A stretch of DNA of 64,000 nucleotides from Candidatus Buchananbacteria bacterium (lineage in GTDB: Bacteria > Patescibacteriota > Patescibacteriia > Buchananbacterales > UBA6539): the NCBI GenBank assembly GCA_013359225.1, contig JABWCG010000001.1:206362-270361 (forward strand), in the 5' to 3' direction. A model generated the notes under the pieces. The model saw nothing but the letters and a program-made list of their open reading frames with translations. It did no database searches and was not told the origin of the DNA. This document shows positions 1 through 9,224 of this stretch, one piece after another (the stretch's first letter is position 1; every line of letters begins with the position of its first letter). Position numbers and translations under genes: made by a program.

Positions 1-13
1 TCCGCATGGCAGT

Positions 14-1165
14 TTGGTGGAGTCGATTTTAGAAAGCATCCCCAAGGAACGAATTGATGAGGTGATCTATTTTAATCCAGCCGATACCAACCGACCGATT
101 GGTTTGAATATGTTGGAAGCTGAGACTATTGAACAACAGGATTTTGCCATTCAGGAATTAATCGCTATTTTTTATAAATTGGTCACTGATCCGTCAATGA
201 TTGGCCCGATGTTTGAACATAACATGAGAAATGCCATGCTGACTTTAATGGCGGATAAAAAGGACCCTGGTACGATTGTAGAAATCCCTCGAATTTTTAC
301 CGATCGTGAATTTCAGCGCTATAAGCTCGGTAAAGTTACTGATCCGATGGTTCGTTCGTTCTGGGAACAAGAAATGGCGAAAACTTCCGATTTTCATAAG
401 TCGGAAATGCTTGGCTACTTGATTTCAAAGATTGGCCGGTTTATTGAAAACAGCATGGTTCGTAACATTATTGGCCAGCCGAAATCCGGGTTTAATTTCC
501 GGGAAATTATGGATCAGCAAAAAATTCTCCTGGTTAACTTGTCAAAGGGGCGAGTGGGTGAGGTAAATAGCAACTTGCTTGGATTAATTATTGTTGCAAA
601 ATTACAAATGGCGGCGCTGTCGCGCACTGATATTCCGGAAAACACCAGGCAGGATTTTTATTTGTATATTGATGAATTCCAAAATTTCATTACTGACAGC
701 GTGGCAACAATTTTAGCGGAAGCCAGAAAATACAAACTGAATTTGATTTTGGCTCATCAGTATATTGGTCAACTGACTGAAGGTTCGGGGCCGGAAGGCA
801 AGAGCTACGGTGATAAAATTAAAGACGCAATTTTTGGGAATGTCGGCACATTGATGTCATTTCGAATTGGTGTTGAAGATGCGGAAGTTATTGCCAAACA
901 GATGGCGCCGGTTGTTGATGAATATGACTTGATGAATATTGAGAAATTTAATGCTTATATCAGGCTTTTGGTTGATAACCAGCCACGAAAAGCTTTCAAC
1001 ATTCACACGTTTCCGCCCGCTCATGGCGACGTGCGGGGTGTTGAGGATATTATTGAGTTTTCGCGTTTTAAATACGGTCGTGATCGCCAGCAAATTGAAA
1101 CTGAGATTGTTAAACGCAGTCGCTTAGGGATAACTGGTACCCAATCCGTTGAAAGGTCTTTATAA
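14..1165 (+). CDS. Type IV secretion/conjugation coupling-protein-like ATPase (VirD4/TraG/TraD family). C-terminal part only; the 5' end is cut by the window edge.
   Basis: The ORF is open from window position 14. A Walker-B-like 'YLYIDEFQNF' and an 'ILAHQYIGQL' (HQxxxQL) motif are typical of T4SS coupling proteins and TraM-recognition-domain proteins. Confidence 0.5.
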   Translation: MVESILESIPKERIDEVIYFNPADTNRPIGLNMLEAETIEQQDFAIQELIAIFYKLVTDPSMIGPMFEHNMRNAMLTLMADKKDPGTIVEIPRIFTDREFQRYKLGKVTDPMVRSFWEQEMAKTSDFHKSEMLGYLISKIGRFIENSMVRNIIGQPKSGFNFREIMDQQKILLVNLSKGRVGEVNSNLLGLIIVAKLQMAALSRTDIPENTRQDFYLYIDEFQNFITDSVATILAEARKYKLNLILAHQYIGQLTEGSGPEGKSYGDKIKDAIFGNVGTLMSFRIGVEDAEVIAKQMAPVVDEYDLMNIEKFNAYIRLLVDNQPRKAFNIHTFPPAHGDVRGVEDIIEFSRFKYGRDRQQIETEIVKRSRLGITGTQSVERSL

Positions 1166-1697
1166 TATGGCTAGTGCTGCCTTTTTATTTTGGTTATTTT
1201 TCATCCCGTTTATTCTGTTGGGTTTGGGAACGTTTGCTTTGGGTGGTGTGTTAGCCGCACCATGGGTGCCGCTTTGGAAAAAAGATGTTCGTCGAATGTT
1301 GGAATTGGCCGAAGTAAAGCCAGGCGAAACAGTGTACGATTTAGGTGCCGGTGACGGCCGAATTATCATTATTGCTGCTAAAGAATTTGGCGCAACCGCA
1401 ACCGGTTTTGAGGTTGCAGTCTTGCCATTTCTGTGGGGTTATATTAAAATAAAGGTACTTGGCTTAAGTAAGAAAGCTAAGCTTAAGTATAATAATTTTT
1501 TCAATCAGGATTTGAGTCAGGCGGACGTTATTTGTGTATTCCTGACACCGGAAGCAATGAAAAAATTGAAACCAAAATTTCAAAAAGAAAAAAATAAAAA
1601 TTGTCGCATCGTTTCCTACGCCTTCAAAATTCCTGATTGGGAGCCGGAGAAAGTGAGTAAAGGGCCTGGAGAAACGTCCATTTATCTGTATCGGTAG
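1149..1697 (+). CDS. Membrane-anchored class I SAM-dependent methyltransferase.
   Basis: An N-terminal hydrophobic segment is followed by the SAM-binding motif 'VYDLGAGDGRIIIIAA'. The likely true start is the ATG at 1167. Confidence 0.6.
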   Translation: MKGLYNMASAAFLFWLFFIPFILLGLGTFALGGVLAAPWVPLWKKDVRRMLELAEVKPGETVYDLGAGDGRIIIIAAKEFGATATGFEVAVLPFLWGYIKIKVLGLSKKAKLKYNNFFNQDLSQADVICVFLTPEAMKKLKPKFQKEKNKNCRIVSYAFKIPDWEPEKVSKGPGETSIYLYR

Positions 1698-1735
1698 GTC
1701 AAAATAAAAAAAATCAAAAAGGGGCAAAAAATAAA

Positions 1736-2347
1736 ATGACTGGAAAAATTAAAAAAAATACCCAAGACGACATTGACATTGAAGAGCTAAACGAAGAAGA
1801 GGTGCTTCGTCATTTAGATTTGCTTCGCGATATTTTAGAAAATACTCAGGCCAATATTAAAAAAACTTTGAATTTATTAAAAGAACGACATATTGATTCA
1901 GAGAGTCTTTTGCGAACTTTGCAGGATGCTAATGAGGCATCAAAGGGGTTTATCGGTACGGATAACGGCAGCGAACGAATCATTGAAGGGGTGTTTAATG
2001 GTGAAAAAATGGTCGGTGGTGACGGACTTGAATATAACATGCCGGCAAATTATGCTTCAAAGTCTAAGCTGGTTGAAGGCGACATATTAAAATTAACCAT
2101 CACGAAGGATGGTTCTTTTGTTTATAAACAAATTGGTCCGGTGGAACGCAAACAGATGGTTGCTACTTTGGCTCAAGATCAGGCAAATAGTGAATGGTAT
2201 GCTGTTGACGGTAAAAAACGGTGGAAACTTTTAACCGCTTCAGTTACTTACTTTCACGGCATGCCGGGCGATGAGGTGGTAATTTTAGTTCCAAAAGAAG
2301 GGGGTAGCCGCTGGGCGGCGGTTGAAAATATAATCAAGTCTTCTTAG
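1736..2347 (+). CDS. Hypothetical protein, 203 aa.
   Basis: A long ORF with an A-rich leader ('aaaaggggcaaaaaataaaATG'). No motif was recognised. Confidence 0.45.
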   Translation: MTGKIKKNTQDDIDIEELNEEEVLRHLDLLRDILENTQANIKKTLNLLKERHIDSESLLRTLQDANEASKGFIGTDNGSERIIEGVFNGEKMVGGDGLEYNMPANYASKSKLVEGDILKLTITKDGSFVYKQIGPVERKQMVATLAQDQANSEWYAVDGKKRWKLLTASVTYFHGMPGDEVVILVPKEGGSRWAAVENIIKSS

Positions 2348-3183
2348 GCAATCGTGACAATGACAATCCGATCTAGTTTGGCTAGGTCTTTTTTTATGTC
2401 AATTTTTGCTTTGGGAAATTGCCGGCGGATAATCTGAGTAATGAGACGACTTTGGGTCGGATCAATCTCGATGATAATGGTTTTGGGTTTAACATGGTAT
2501 TTCTTAACTTGTTTGAATAATTCTTCGTACTTGGTTAATCCAGAGTTTGTCGTATATAAGGCAATTTTTGGTTCATAGGATAAACCTTTTTGCTGTTGGA
2601 CAGAAAGGTTTTTCCAAATTTTTGTGCTGCCGTACGGCAAATTTGACACGATGATGTCAATTTTTTTGTTTTTTAGCGGCAGGAGCAAATTGCCTTTAAA
2701 AAATTTGATGTCAGTTTGATGGCGGCGGTTATTCTTTTTGGCAATTGTCAGGGCTTTTGCGGAAATGTCCGTGGCGTAGATTTTGGCGTTGGGCAATTGT
2801 TTAGCCAGTACTATACTGATACAGCCCGAACCGGTGCCAATATCGGCAATGGTAACACTTCTTTTTTTTACCAGGTTGATTGCTTCTTCGGCCAGTAATT
2901 CGGTTTCCGGTCGAGGGATAAGGACATCTCGATTAACAAAAAAATCAAGACCAAACCATTCTTTTTCACCGGTTATGTAAGCAATCGGCTCGTGTTTTAT
3001 TCGCCGCTTGATCAGTTGATCAAATTTTTTTTCCTGAGCTTTGGTTAGCAATTTTTCAGGATAAGTGTAGAAGAATTCTTTTGGTTTTTTTAAAACAAAA
3101 GATAATAAAACCTCTGCATCAAGAGAGGCTGATGAACTATTAATTGTGTTCATTGCTCGCGCTAAGGCGCTGGCGATAGTCAT
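2344..3183 (-). CDS. prmC: Release factor glutamine N5-methyltransferase PrmC/HemK.
   Basis: It carries the SAM motif 'IADIGTGSGCISIV' and the NPPY-variant 'VSNLPYG'. It lies immediately downstream of prfA, and the probable start ATG at 3181-3183 is 1 nt from the prfA stop. Confidence 0.8.
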   Translation of the reverse strand: MTIASALARAMNTINSSSASLDAEVLLSFVLKKPKEFFYTYPEKLLTKAQEKKFDQLIKRRIKHEPIAYITGEKEWFGLDFFVNRDVLIPRPETELLAEEAINLVKKRSVTIADIGTGSGCISIVLAKQLPNAKIYATDISAKALTIAKKNNRRHQTDIKFFKGNLLLPLKNKKIDIIVSNLPYGSTKIWKNLSVQQQKGLSYEPKIALYTTNSGLTKYEELFKQVKKYHVKPKTIIIEIDPTQSRLITQIIRRQFPKAKIDIKKDLAKLDRIVIVTIA

Positions 3184-3184
3184 A

Positions 3185-4228
3185 TTATCGATCGGCTTGT
3201 TTGAGAGCCTCGATGATTGGTTCAATTTTACCATCCATAATCAGTTCAATCTGGTTGAAATTTTGTTTAATACGGTGATCGGTAACACGGTCCTGGGGGA
3301 AATTATAGGTTCTAATTTTTTCCGATCGGTCACCTGAACCAATCTGCAGTTTACGTGATTCGCCCCGCTCCTTGGCAATCCTTTCCTGTTCCGATGCTAA
3401 GATTCGTGAGCGTAAAATTTGGAGCGCTTTGGCCTTATTTTGTTGTTGAGATTTTTCGTCCTGGCAAGAAACTACCGTGCCGGTAGGTAAATGGGTGATT
3501 CGTACTGCTGAGTCAGTGGTATTGACGCTTTGACCGCCGTGTCCGCCTGCTCGAAAAACATCAATTCGTAAATCTTCAAGCTTGATTTCAATGTCAACTT
3601 CCTCAGCTTCCGGTAAGACTGCTACGGTGGCGGCGGAAGTGTGGACCCGGCCGCTTTTTTCGGTTTCCGGGACCCGCTGGACGCGGTGAACACCGCTTTC
3701 ATACTTGAGATTTTTATAAACTTGATTGCCGGCAATTTCAAAAATAACTTCTTTAAAACCGCCAATGCCAATTCGATTAGAGCTTAAAATTTTTGTTTTC
3801 CATTTCTGACTTTCCGCATAGCGGGAATACATCCGAAAAAGCTCTGCCGCAAAGAGTGCTGCTTCATCACCGCCGGTACCGGCCCTGATTTCAATGATAA
3901 TATTTTTTTGATCCATCGGGTCTGGCGGGGTGACGATGTCTAGAATATCTGACTCCAGTTTTGCTTTTAATTCATTGAGGCCGGAAATTTCCTCCTGAGC
4001 AATCATAATTAGATCACTATCTTCGTCTTGGTTAATCGTTGCCTCACTTTCCGCAAGCTGCCGTTCAATTTTCTCCAACTCATTAATTTTTTTAATGGCG
4101 CCTTCAAGCCGGCTGAATTCTTGAGACACGTTTTTTAGCTTTTCGGGATTATTAATCACCGCCGTGTCCGCAAGTTCAAGGCTAAGTTGGTTATACCGTT
4201 CTTTGATTTCGAGGAATTTTTTGTCCAT
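3185..4228 (-). CDS. prfA: Peptide chain release factor 1.
   Basis: The GGQ motif 'RAGGHGGQSVNTTDSAVRITHLPTG' and an RF-1 'PxT'-type domain are present. It forms the classic prfA-prmC pair. Confidence 0.95.
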   Translation of the reverse strand: MDKKFLEIKERYNQLSLELADTAVINNPEKLKNVSQEFSRLEGAIKKINELEKIERQLAESEATINQDEDSDLIMIAQEEISGLNELKAKLESDILDIVTPPDPMDQKNIIIEIRAGTGGDEAALFAAELFRMYSRYAESQKWKTKILSSNRIGIGGFKEVIFEIAGNQVYKNLKYESGVHRVQRVPETEKSGRVHTSAATVAVLPEAEEVDIEIKLEDLRIDVFRAGGHGGQSVNTTDSAVRITHLPTGTVVSCQDEKSQQQNKAKALQILRSRILASEQERIAKERGESRKLQIGSGDRSEKIRTYNFPQDRVTDHRIKQNFNQIELIMDGKIEPIIEALKQADR

Positions 4229-4282
4229 TGTTTTATCTATAACAAAACTCCTTTTAAAAAAGGAGTTTCGCAGTTAGAGTAG

Positions 4283-4576
4283 TTACTGTTCTTTTTTGGA
4301 AGTTTTGGTTCCAGTCTTGGCAGTCCGGCTCTGGCGTTTTGTCTTTTTGCCTTTTCGGGTGCTGGCCGCCGTTTCTTTCTTGGCAAGTCGTTCCTGGAAT
4401 TTTTCAACTCGTCGGGCAGTATCAAGCAGTTTTTGCTTGCCGGTATAAAAAGGATGACACATTGAACAGATTTCAACGTTTAGTTCCTTTTGAGTTGAGC
4501 CAACAGTAAAAGTATTACCGCAGGCACAGGTAACTTTCGCGTCAGAATAATACTTTGGGTGAATTTCTTTTTTCAT
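4283..4576 (-). CDS. rpmE: 50S ribosomal protein L31.
   Basis: The sequence '[10 protein letters not shown]...VTCACGNTF...[13 protein letters not shown]' matches L31 with its Zn-ribbon cysteines. The start was taken at the internal Met. Confidence 0.9.
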   Translation of the reverse strand: MKKEIHPKYYSDAKVTCACGNTFTVGSTQKELNVEICSMCHPFYTGKQKLLDTARRVEKFQERLAKKETAASTRKGKKTKRQSRTAKTGTKTSKKEQ

Positions 4577-4618
4577 GAATTTAACACTACCACATTGGCT
4601 TAATTTTGACAAGAGCGG

Positions 4619-5059
4619 CTATTTTTTCCGCTCTTTTAAGGCTTTTGAATGCATGGTGATGGCAAAGGTGCCAATAACACTGGTGTAAATAAAGGCAAAT
4701 TCCGCCGGAATTCTGAAACGCCCGTCTGACAGGGGTGCTAAAACGACAAATAGCACCATCATTACTGTCCACACAATGACAAAACCCTCACCCAGGAAGC
4801 GGGAGGCAAAATTATTTTGCCAGCGGCTGTATTCTTTGTCACTGACGTAGATTCCCAAGATGATGAGGTAAATTACCCCTATAGCGCTGACGGAAGTGTC
4901 ATAGCCGTTTCCAGAAATAAAATCGACCATAAACATTGTTATGGTGACGATGGTCCAGAGGTTCAAAATTCCTTTAAGAATCAACCGGTGACGAATGGTC
5001 GCGTTGTGTTTGTTCATAAATCCATTGGTATTGTAGCATTTTTTTGGGCAATTTGCCAC
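4619..5059 (-). CDS. Hypothetical small membrane protein.
   Basis: Three to four hydrophobic helices are visible. The probable start is the internal Met 'MNKHNATIRHR' near 5017. Confidence 0.4.
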   Translation of the reverse strand: MANCPKKCYNTNGFMNKHNATIRHRLILKGILNLWTIVTITMFMVDFISGNGYDTSVSAIGVIYLIILGIYVSDKEYSRWQNNFASRFLGEGFVIVWTVMMVLFVVLAPLSDGRFRIPAEFAFIYTSVIGTFAITMHSKALKERKK

Positions 5060-5096
5060 TCAAAGAAGGCAGGGGGAAGGAAGGCCTCCTTTTGTC

Positions 5097-5125
5097 TTGA
5101 CAAGTTTTTTTTGAATCGCTACTAT
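5097..5125 (+). promoter_or_regulatory. Sigma70-type promoter of the heat-shock operon.
   Basis: TTGACA at 5097-5102, a 17-nt spacer, then TACTAT at 5120-5125. Confidence 0.6.
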
Positions 5126-5129
5126 AGAA

Positions 5130-5156
5130 TTAGCACTCTTAAAGGTAGAGTGCTAA
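5130..5156 (+). promoter_or_regulatory. CIRCE operator, the HrcA binding site.
   Basis: A perfect TTAGCACTC-N9-GAGTGCTAA inverted repeat sits between the -10 box and the hrcA start. Confidence 0.9.
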
Positions 5157-5169
5157 TCATCACACTATT

Positions 5170-5868
5170 ATGAACGAACGACGCCAGGAACTACTAAAAA
5201 ACATTACGGTTCAATACATAAAAACCGCCCAGCCGGTCAGTTCAAAAGCTATTACCGAGTCTGGTGATTTTGATCTAAGTTCAGCAACGATCAGGAATGA
5301 AATGGCAGAGCTTGAGGCGTCGGGGTACATTTACCATCCTCATACTTCAGCCGGCCGGATGCCAACCGAAAAAGGCTATCAGTATTTTGTTGACAATTTT
5401 TTGAAACCCCAGCCGCCGTCAAAACGACAGCAGGAGATATTGGCTAAATATTTTGAACCAAACGACTTTAATAATTATGCGATTAAATCCGGCGCTAAGG
5501 CGCTGGCAGAAATTTCCAATCAGGCGGTATTCGTAGCTTTTGCAGATAATGATTTTTTTTATACAGGTATTTCAAATCTTTTTTCCCAGCCGGAGTTTGC
5601 TCACCAGCAGTTGATGTATGACCTAACCCGAACAATTGACCATCTTGACAAGGTGATTGGCAAAATTTTTTCAACCATCAGCGAAAATGTGGTGGTGAGT
5701 ATCGGCGCCAAAAATCCATTTGCCCGCGATTGCAGTTCGGTTATTGCCAAATATCGCACTGATAAGATAGAGGGGATGATTGGTATTATTGGACCAATGA
5801 GGATGGATTACCAGAATAATTTTAGCCTGATTAGCTTCAGCCAGCAATTAATCAATAATTTAAAATAA
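5170..5868 (+). CDS. hrcA: Heat-inducible transcription repressor HrcA (short form).
   Basis: The N-terminal winged helix 'LSSATIRNEMAELEASGYIYHPHTSAGRMPTEKGY' is present. The gene lies directly behind CIRCE and is followed by grpE. Confidence 0.85.
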   Translation: MNERRQELLKNITVQYIKTAQPVSSKAITESGDFDLSSATIRNEMAELEASGYIYHPHTSAGRMPTEKGYQYFVDNFLKPQPPSKRQQEILAKYFEPNDFNNYAIKSGAKALAEISNQAVFVAFADNDFFYTGISNLFSQPEFAHQQLMYDLTRTIDHLDKVIGKIFSTISENVVVSIGAKNPFARDCSSVIAKYRTDKIEGMIGIIGPMRMDYQNNFSLISFSQQLINNLK

Positions 5869-6363
5869 ATGACTACGCCACATGATATTCCGGACCGTGA
5901 TGAAAAAAGTTTAGAAACGGAAGTTGAAGAGTTAAAACATAAAATGCAAGAGTACCTTGACGGTTGGCGCCGTGCTAAAGCCGATTACTCCAATTTGAAA
6001 AAAGAGTCGGAAAAGCGGGTGCAGGAAATGGCTCAATTTGCTAACGCCGCCCTGCTGGCTGAATTGTTACCAATCTTTGACCATTTTAAATTGGCGTTGC
6101 AACACGTGCCCGATGATCAAAAAACCGCGGATTGGGTGGTGGGACTTGGTCATATTAAAAATCAATTTCAGGAATTTTTTAAGCGACTAGGAATTGAGGA
6201 AATTCAAACAGTTGGCCAGAAATTTGATCCTCAGCTTCATGAAGCGCTAGTGACTGAAAAACGTGACGGTGTGTCAAGCGGCATTATTGTTGAAGAGGTG
6301 AAGTCAGGCTATACATTGCATAATAAAGTAATTAACCCGGCACAAGTCAAAGTTGCCGAATAA
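5869..6363 (+). CDS. grpE: Nucleotide exchange factor GrpE.
   Basis: The GrpE-like 'ADYSNLKKESEKR' and the C-terminal 'QKFDPQLHEALV' are present. Its start abuts the hrcA stop. Confidence 0.85.
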   Translation: MTTPHDIPDRDEKSLETEVEELKHKMQEYLDGWRRAKADYSNLKKESEKRVQEMAQFANAALLAELLPIFDHFKLALQHVPDDQKTADWVVGLGHIKNQFQEFFKRLGIEEIQTVGQKFDPQLHEALVTEKRDGVSSGIIVEEVKSGYTLHNKVINPAQVKVAE

Positions 6364-6395
6364 AATAATTAATAATTAATTTTAAGGAGGTAGAT

Positions 6396-6821
6396 ATGCC
6401 TATCATTAAATGGACGCCATTCCTTGAGCCATTTGAGGAAATGGAAAAATTTATCTCCGACCACGGTGCTTCGGGGTTTGCCCCAGCCATTGATGTCTAT
6501 GAAACAAAAGACAATGTTGTGGTGGAAGCGCCGCTGGCCGGAATTGACCCAAAAGACGTCGAAATTTCAATTGAAAACGATGTCTTAACGATCAAGGGTA
6601 AAGTTAAGCGGGAATCAGAGGTTGACGATAAAAATTATTACCGCAAAGAAATTCGCTCGGGAAGTTTCTTTCGTTCAGTGGCTTTGCCGGCTCATGTTGT
6701 TTCAGCGGACGCGGAGGCCGAGTCGATTGAGGGGTTGTTAAAGATCACCATTCCAAAAGCGCCGGAAGCAAAACCAAAAACGATTAAAGTAAAAGTGGCG
6801 CCGCCAAAAGACAAGAAGTAA
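6396..6821 (+). CDS. Hsp20/alpha-crystallin family small heat-shock protein.
   Basis: The alpha-crystallin domain 'DVYETKDNVVVEAPLAGIDPKDVEISIENDVLTIKGK...YYRKEIRSGSFFRSVALP' is present. An AGGAGG RBS lies upstream. Confidence 0.9.
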   Translation: MPIIKWTPFLEPFEEMEKFISDHGASGFAPAIDVYETKDNVVVEAPLAGIDPKDVEISIENDVLTIKGKVKRESEVDDKNYYRKEIRSGSFFRSVALPAHVVSADAEAESIEGLLKITIPKAPEAKPKTIKVKVAPPKDKK

Positions 6822-6838
6822 TTTTTTCATCCGGCTCA

Positions 6839-6904
6839 CCGCCCAGCCTCTAGCCGCTGGGCGGGTCCGGACCGGGTAATTAAAACATTAGTTAATCGGT
6901 CCGG
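6839..6904 (+). promoter_or_regulatory. GC-rich palindromic hairpin cluster between hsp20 and dnaK. It could be an intra-operon terminator, attenuator or RNA structure.
   Basis: A 9-bp stem pairs 6839-6847 with 6856-6864. A perfect 10-bp palindrome GGTCCGGACC follows. An 8-bp stem pairs 6867-6874 with 6897-6904. All sit in an otherwise AT-rich spacer. Confidence 0.5.
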
Positions 6905-6946
6905 GGTATATTAATCAATAATTAAAATAATTAATCATTAAATACT

Positions 6947-8833
6947 ATGGGAAAAATTCTAGGAATTGATTTAGGAACGACAAACTCAGCGATGGCTGTC
7001 GTTGAAGGTGGCGAACCAAAAATCATCGAAAATGCCGAAGGCAACCGAACCACGCCGTCAATGGTGGCAATCAGCAAATCAAACGAGCGGCTGGCCGGAC
7101 AGCTGGCGAAGCGCCAGGCAGTTACTAATCCGGAAAATACACTTTTTTCGGTTAAGCGTTTGATTGGCCGACGTTGGGAAGACGCCGAGGTACAAAAAGA
7201 CGTTAAGTTAATGCCGTATAAGATTGTTAAAAGCGGCGACGGCGTTAAAGTGAAAATGAAAGATAAGGAGTACACGCCACAGGAAATTTCTGCGATGGTT
7301 TTGCAGAAATTAAAAGCGGACGCGGAAAGTAAGCTTGGTGAAAAAATTACTGAAGCGATTATTACCGTACCGGCCTATTTTAACGATGCGCAGCGTCGCG
7401 CCACTAAAGATGCCGGTGAAATCGCCGGTTTGACTGTCAGGCAGATTATCAACGAACCGACCGCCGCAGCCTTAGCGTACGGCTTTGCCAAAAAGAAAGG
7501 GCAAAAGATTGTTGTGTATGATTTAGGTGGTGGTACTTTTGACGTTTCAGTCTTGGAAGTTTCGGAAGACACGGTTGAGGTTAAATCAACTAATGGGGAC
7601 ACTCACTTGGGTGGTGATGACTTTGACCAGGTAATTATTGAATGGGTAATTAGTGAATTTAAAAAAGAAAATGGCATTGATCTTGGTAAGGATCCGTTGG
7701 CGTTACAGCGCATTAAAGAGTCGGCGGAAAAGGCTAAGATTGAACTTTCTACGGCTCAAGAATCAGAAATCAACCAGCCATTCATTACTACTGACAGTAG
7801 CGGACCAAAGCACTTGGTGATGAAATTGACCCGCGCAAAGCTAGAAGAATTAGTCGGCGGATTGGTTGAGCGAACGCTCGAACCGTGTAAGGCGGCTTTG
7901 AAAGATGCCAAACTTGAAGCTAAAGACATTGAAGAGGTGATTTTGGTCGGCGGTATGACCCGCATGCCATTGGTTCAAAAAACCGTTGAAAAACTTTTTA
8001 ACAAGAAACCAAACATCTCAGTTAACCCGGATGAAGTAGTGGCGCTGGGGGCGGCAGTGCAGGCTGGAGTCTTGCAGGGCGATGTTAAAGACGTACTGTT
8101 GCTTGATGTTACGCCGTTAACTTTGGGACTAGAAACCTTGGGTCGGGTGATGACGCCGTTAATTGAGCGAAACACCACGATTCCAAGTTCAAAATCTCAG
8201 GTGTTTTCAACCGCCGCTGACAATCAGCCAAGCGTTGAAATTCATGTTTTGCAAGGTGAGCGGCCGATGGCTCCGGACAACAAAACGCTCGGACGCTTTA
8301 TTCTTGACGGTATTCCACCGGCACCACGCGGCGTGCCGCAGATCGAAGTTACCTTTGACATTGATGCTAATGGTATTTTAAACGTTAGTGCTAAAGATAA
8401 AGGCACTGGCAAAGAACAAAAGATTACTATCACCGCCAGTTCCGGTTTGTCCAAAGAAGAAATTGAAAAAATGAAACGAGACGCTGAAAGTCATGCTGAG
8501 GAAGATAAGAAAAAGAAAGAGCTGGCTGAAACCAGAAATATTGCCGAGACGTTGATTTTTTCCACGGAGAAAGCCTTAAAAGATGCCGGTGATAAAATTC
8601 CGGCGGACCAGAAAAAACCGATTGAAGAAAAAATTGAGGCACTTAAAAAAGTTAAAGACGGGGATGATTTGGACGCCATTAAAAAAGCGAGCGAGGAATT
8701 AAGTACGGAAGCGCAAAAGATTGGTCAGGCGATGTATGGTTCGGCTCAGCCCAATGCCGATCAGTCTCAGGCCGAACCCGGGGCCGGTACTAAGGGTGAA
8801 GCGGTCGAAGGTGAAGTTGAAGACGCAAAGTAA
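6947..8833 (+). CDS. dnaK: Molecular chaperone DnaK (Hsp70).
   Basis: The Hsp70 signatures 'IDLGTTNS', 'DLGGGTFD' and '[11 protein letters not shown]' are present in a full-length ORF. Confidence 0.97.
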   Translation: MGKILGIDLGTTNSAMAVVEGGEPKIIENAEGNRTTPSMVAISKSNERLAGQLAKRQAVTNPENTLFSVKRLIGRRWEDAEVQKDVKLMPYKIVKSGDGVKVKMKDKEYTPQEISAMVLQKLKADAESKLGEKITEAIITVPAYFNDAQRRATKDAGEIAGLTVRQIINEPTAAALAYGFAKKKGQKIVVYDLGGGTFDVSVLEVSEDTVEVKSTNGDTHLGGDDFDQVIIEWVISEFKKENGIDLGKDPLALQRIKESAEKAKIELSTAQESEINQPFITTDSSGPKHLVMKLTRAKLEELVGGLVERTLEPCKAALKDAKLEAKDIEEVILVGGMTRMPLVQKTVEKLFNKKPNISVNPDEVVALGAAVQAGVLQGDVKDVLLLDVTPLTLGLETLGRVMTPLIERNTTIPSSKSQVFSTAADNQPSVEIHVLQGERPMAPDNKTLGRFILDGIPPAPRGVPQIEVTFDIDANGILNVSAKDKGTGKEQKITITASSGLSKEEIEKMKRDAESHAEEDKKKKELAETRNIAETLIFSTEKALKDAGDKIPADQKKPIEEKIEALKKVKDGDDLDAIKKASEELSTEAQKIGQAMYGSAQPNADQSQAEPGAGTKGEAVEGEVEDAK

Positions 8834-8849
8834 GATTTAATCAGTGAAA

Positions 8850-8880
8850 TCAGGCGGGGTGACAAGCAAGCCCCGCCTGA
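8850..8880 (+). promoter_or_regulatory. Strong hairpin after dnaK, a partial terminator or attenuator.
   Basis: A perfect 10-bp stem TCAGGCGGGG/CCCCGCCTGA has an 11-nt loop. No T-tract follows. A TGgTATAct extended -10 and an AAGGAG RBS follow it. Confidence 0.5.
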
Positions 8881-8930
8881 CACTTTGAAACAACTTTGGT
8901 ATACTAAGGAGATAAAATATTAAAAATCAT

Positions 8931-9215
8931 ATGACACAAACTCCAGAGCAAAAAATTCAAATTCGCGATACATTTGCCGGTGCGGAATATGCTAACGCGA
9001 TGCAGGTTGGATACAGTAAGGAAGAATTTATGCTGACGTTTTTGAATATCGCCGGCCCAACCGGACGGGTAGTGGGAAAAATCATGACTAATCCTGGACA
9101 CCTTAAACGTTTGATTAAAGCACTGGAAGAAAGTTTGAAGAAGTATGAAGGCAGTTTTGGCAAAGTTCAGGAAGCGGAAAGCCCTAAGCAAGAAATTGGT
9201 TTTCGAACGGAGTAA
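8931..9215 (+). CDS. DUF3467-like small protein inserted between dnaK and dnaJ.
   Basis: A 94-aa ORF with a good RBS. The assignment rests on memory of the 'QIRDTFAGAEYANAMQVGYSKEEFMLTF' motif. Confidence 0.55.
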   Translation: MTQTPEQKIQIRDTFAGAEYANAMQVGYSKEEFMLTFLNIAGPTGRVVGKIMTNPGHLKRLIKALEESLKKYEGSFGKVQEAESPKQEIGFRTE

Positions 9216-9224
9216 CGGCGCGTT

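Noticed and set aside
857-1127. Small ORFs (857-1093 -, 939-1127 +) inside the T4SS ATPase gene.
   Set aside because: They are fully embedded in a well-supported longer CDS on the other frame or strand.
4237-4476. A 79-aa minus-strand ORF overlapping rpmE.
   Set aside because: It is an alternative frame of the L31 gene region. Its Lys/Arg-rich translation comes from the rpmE C-terminal tail codons.
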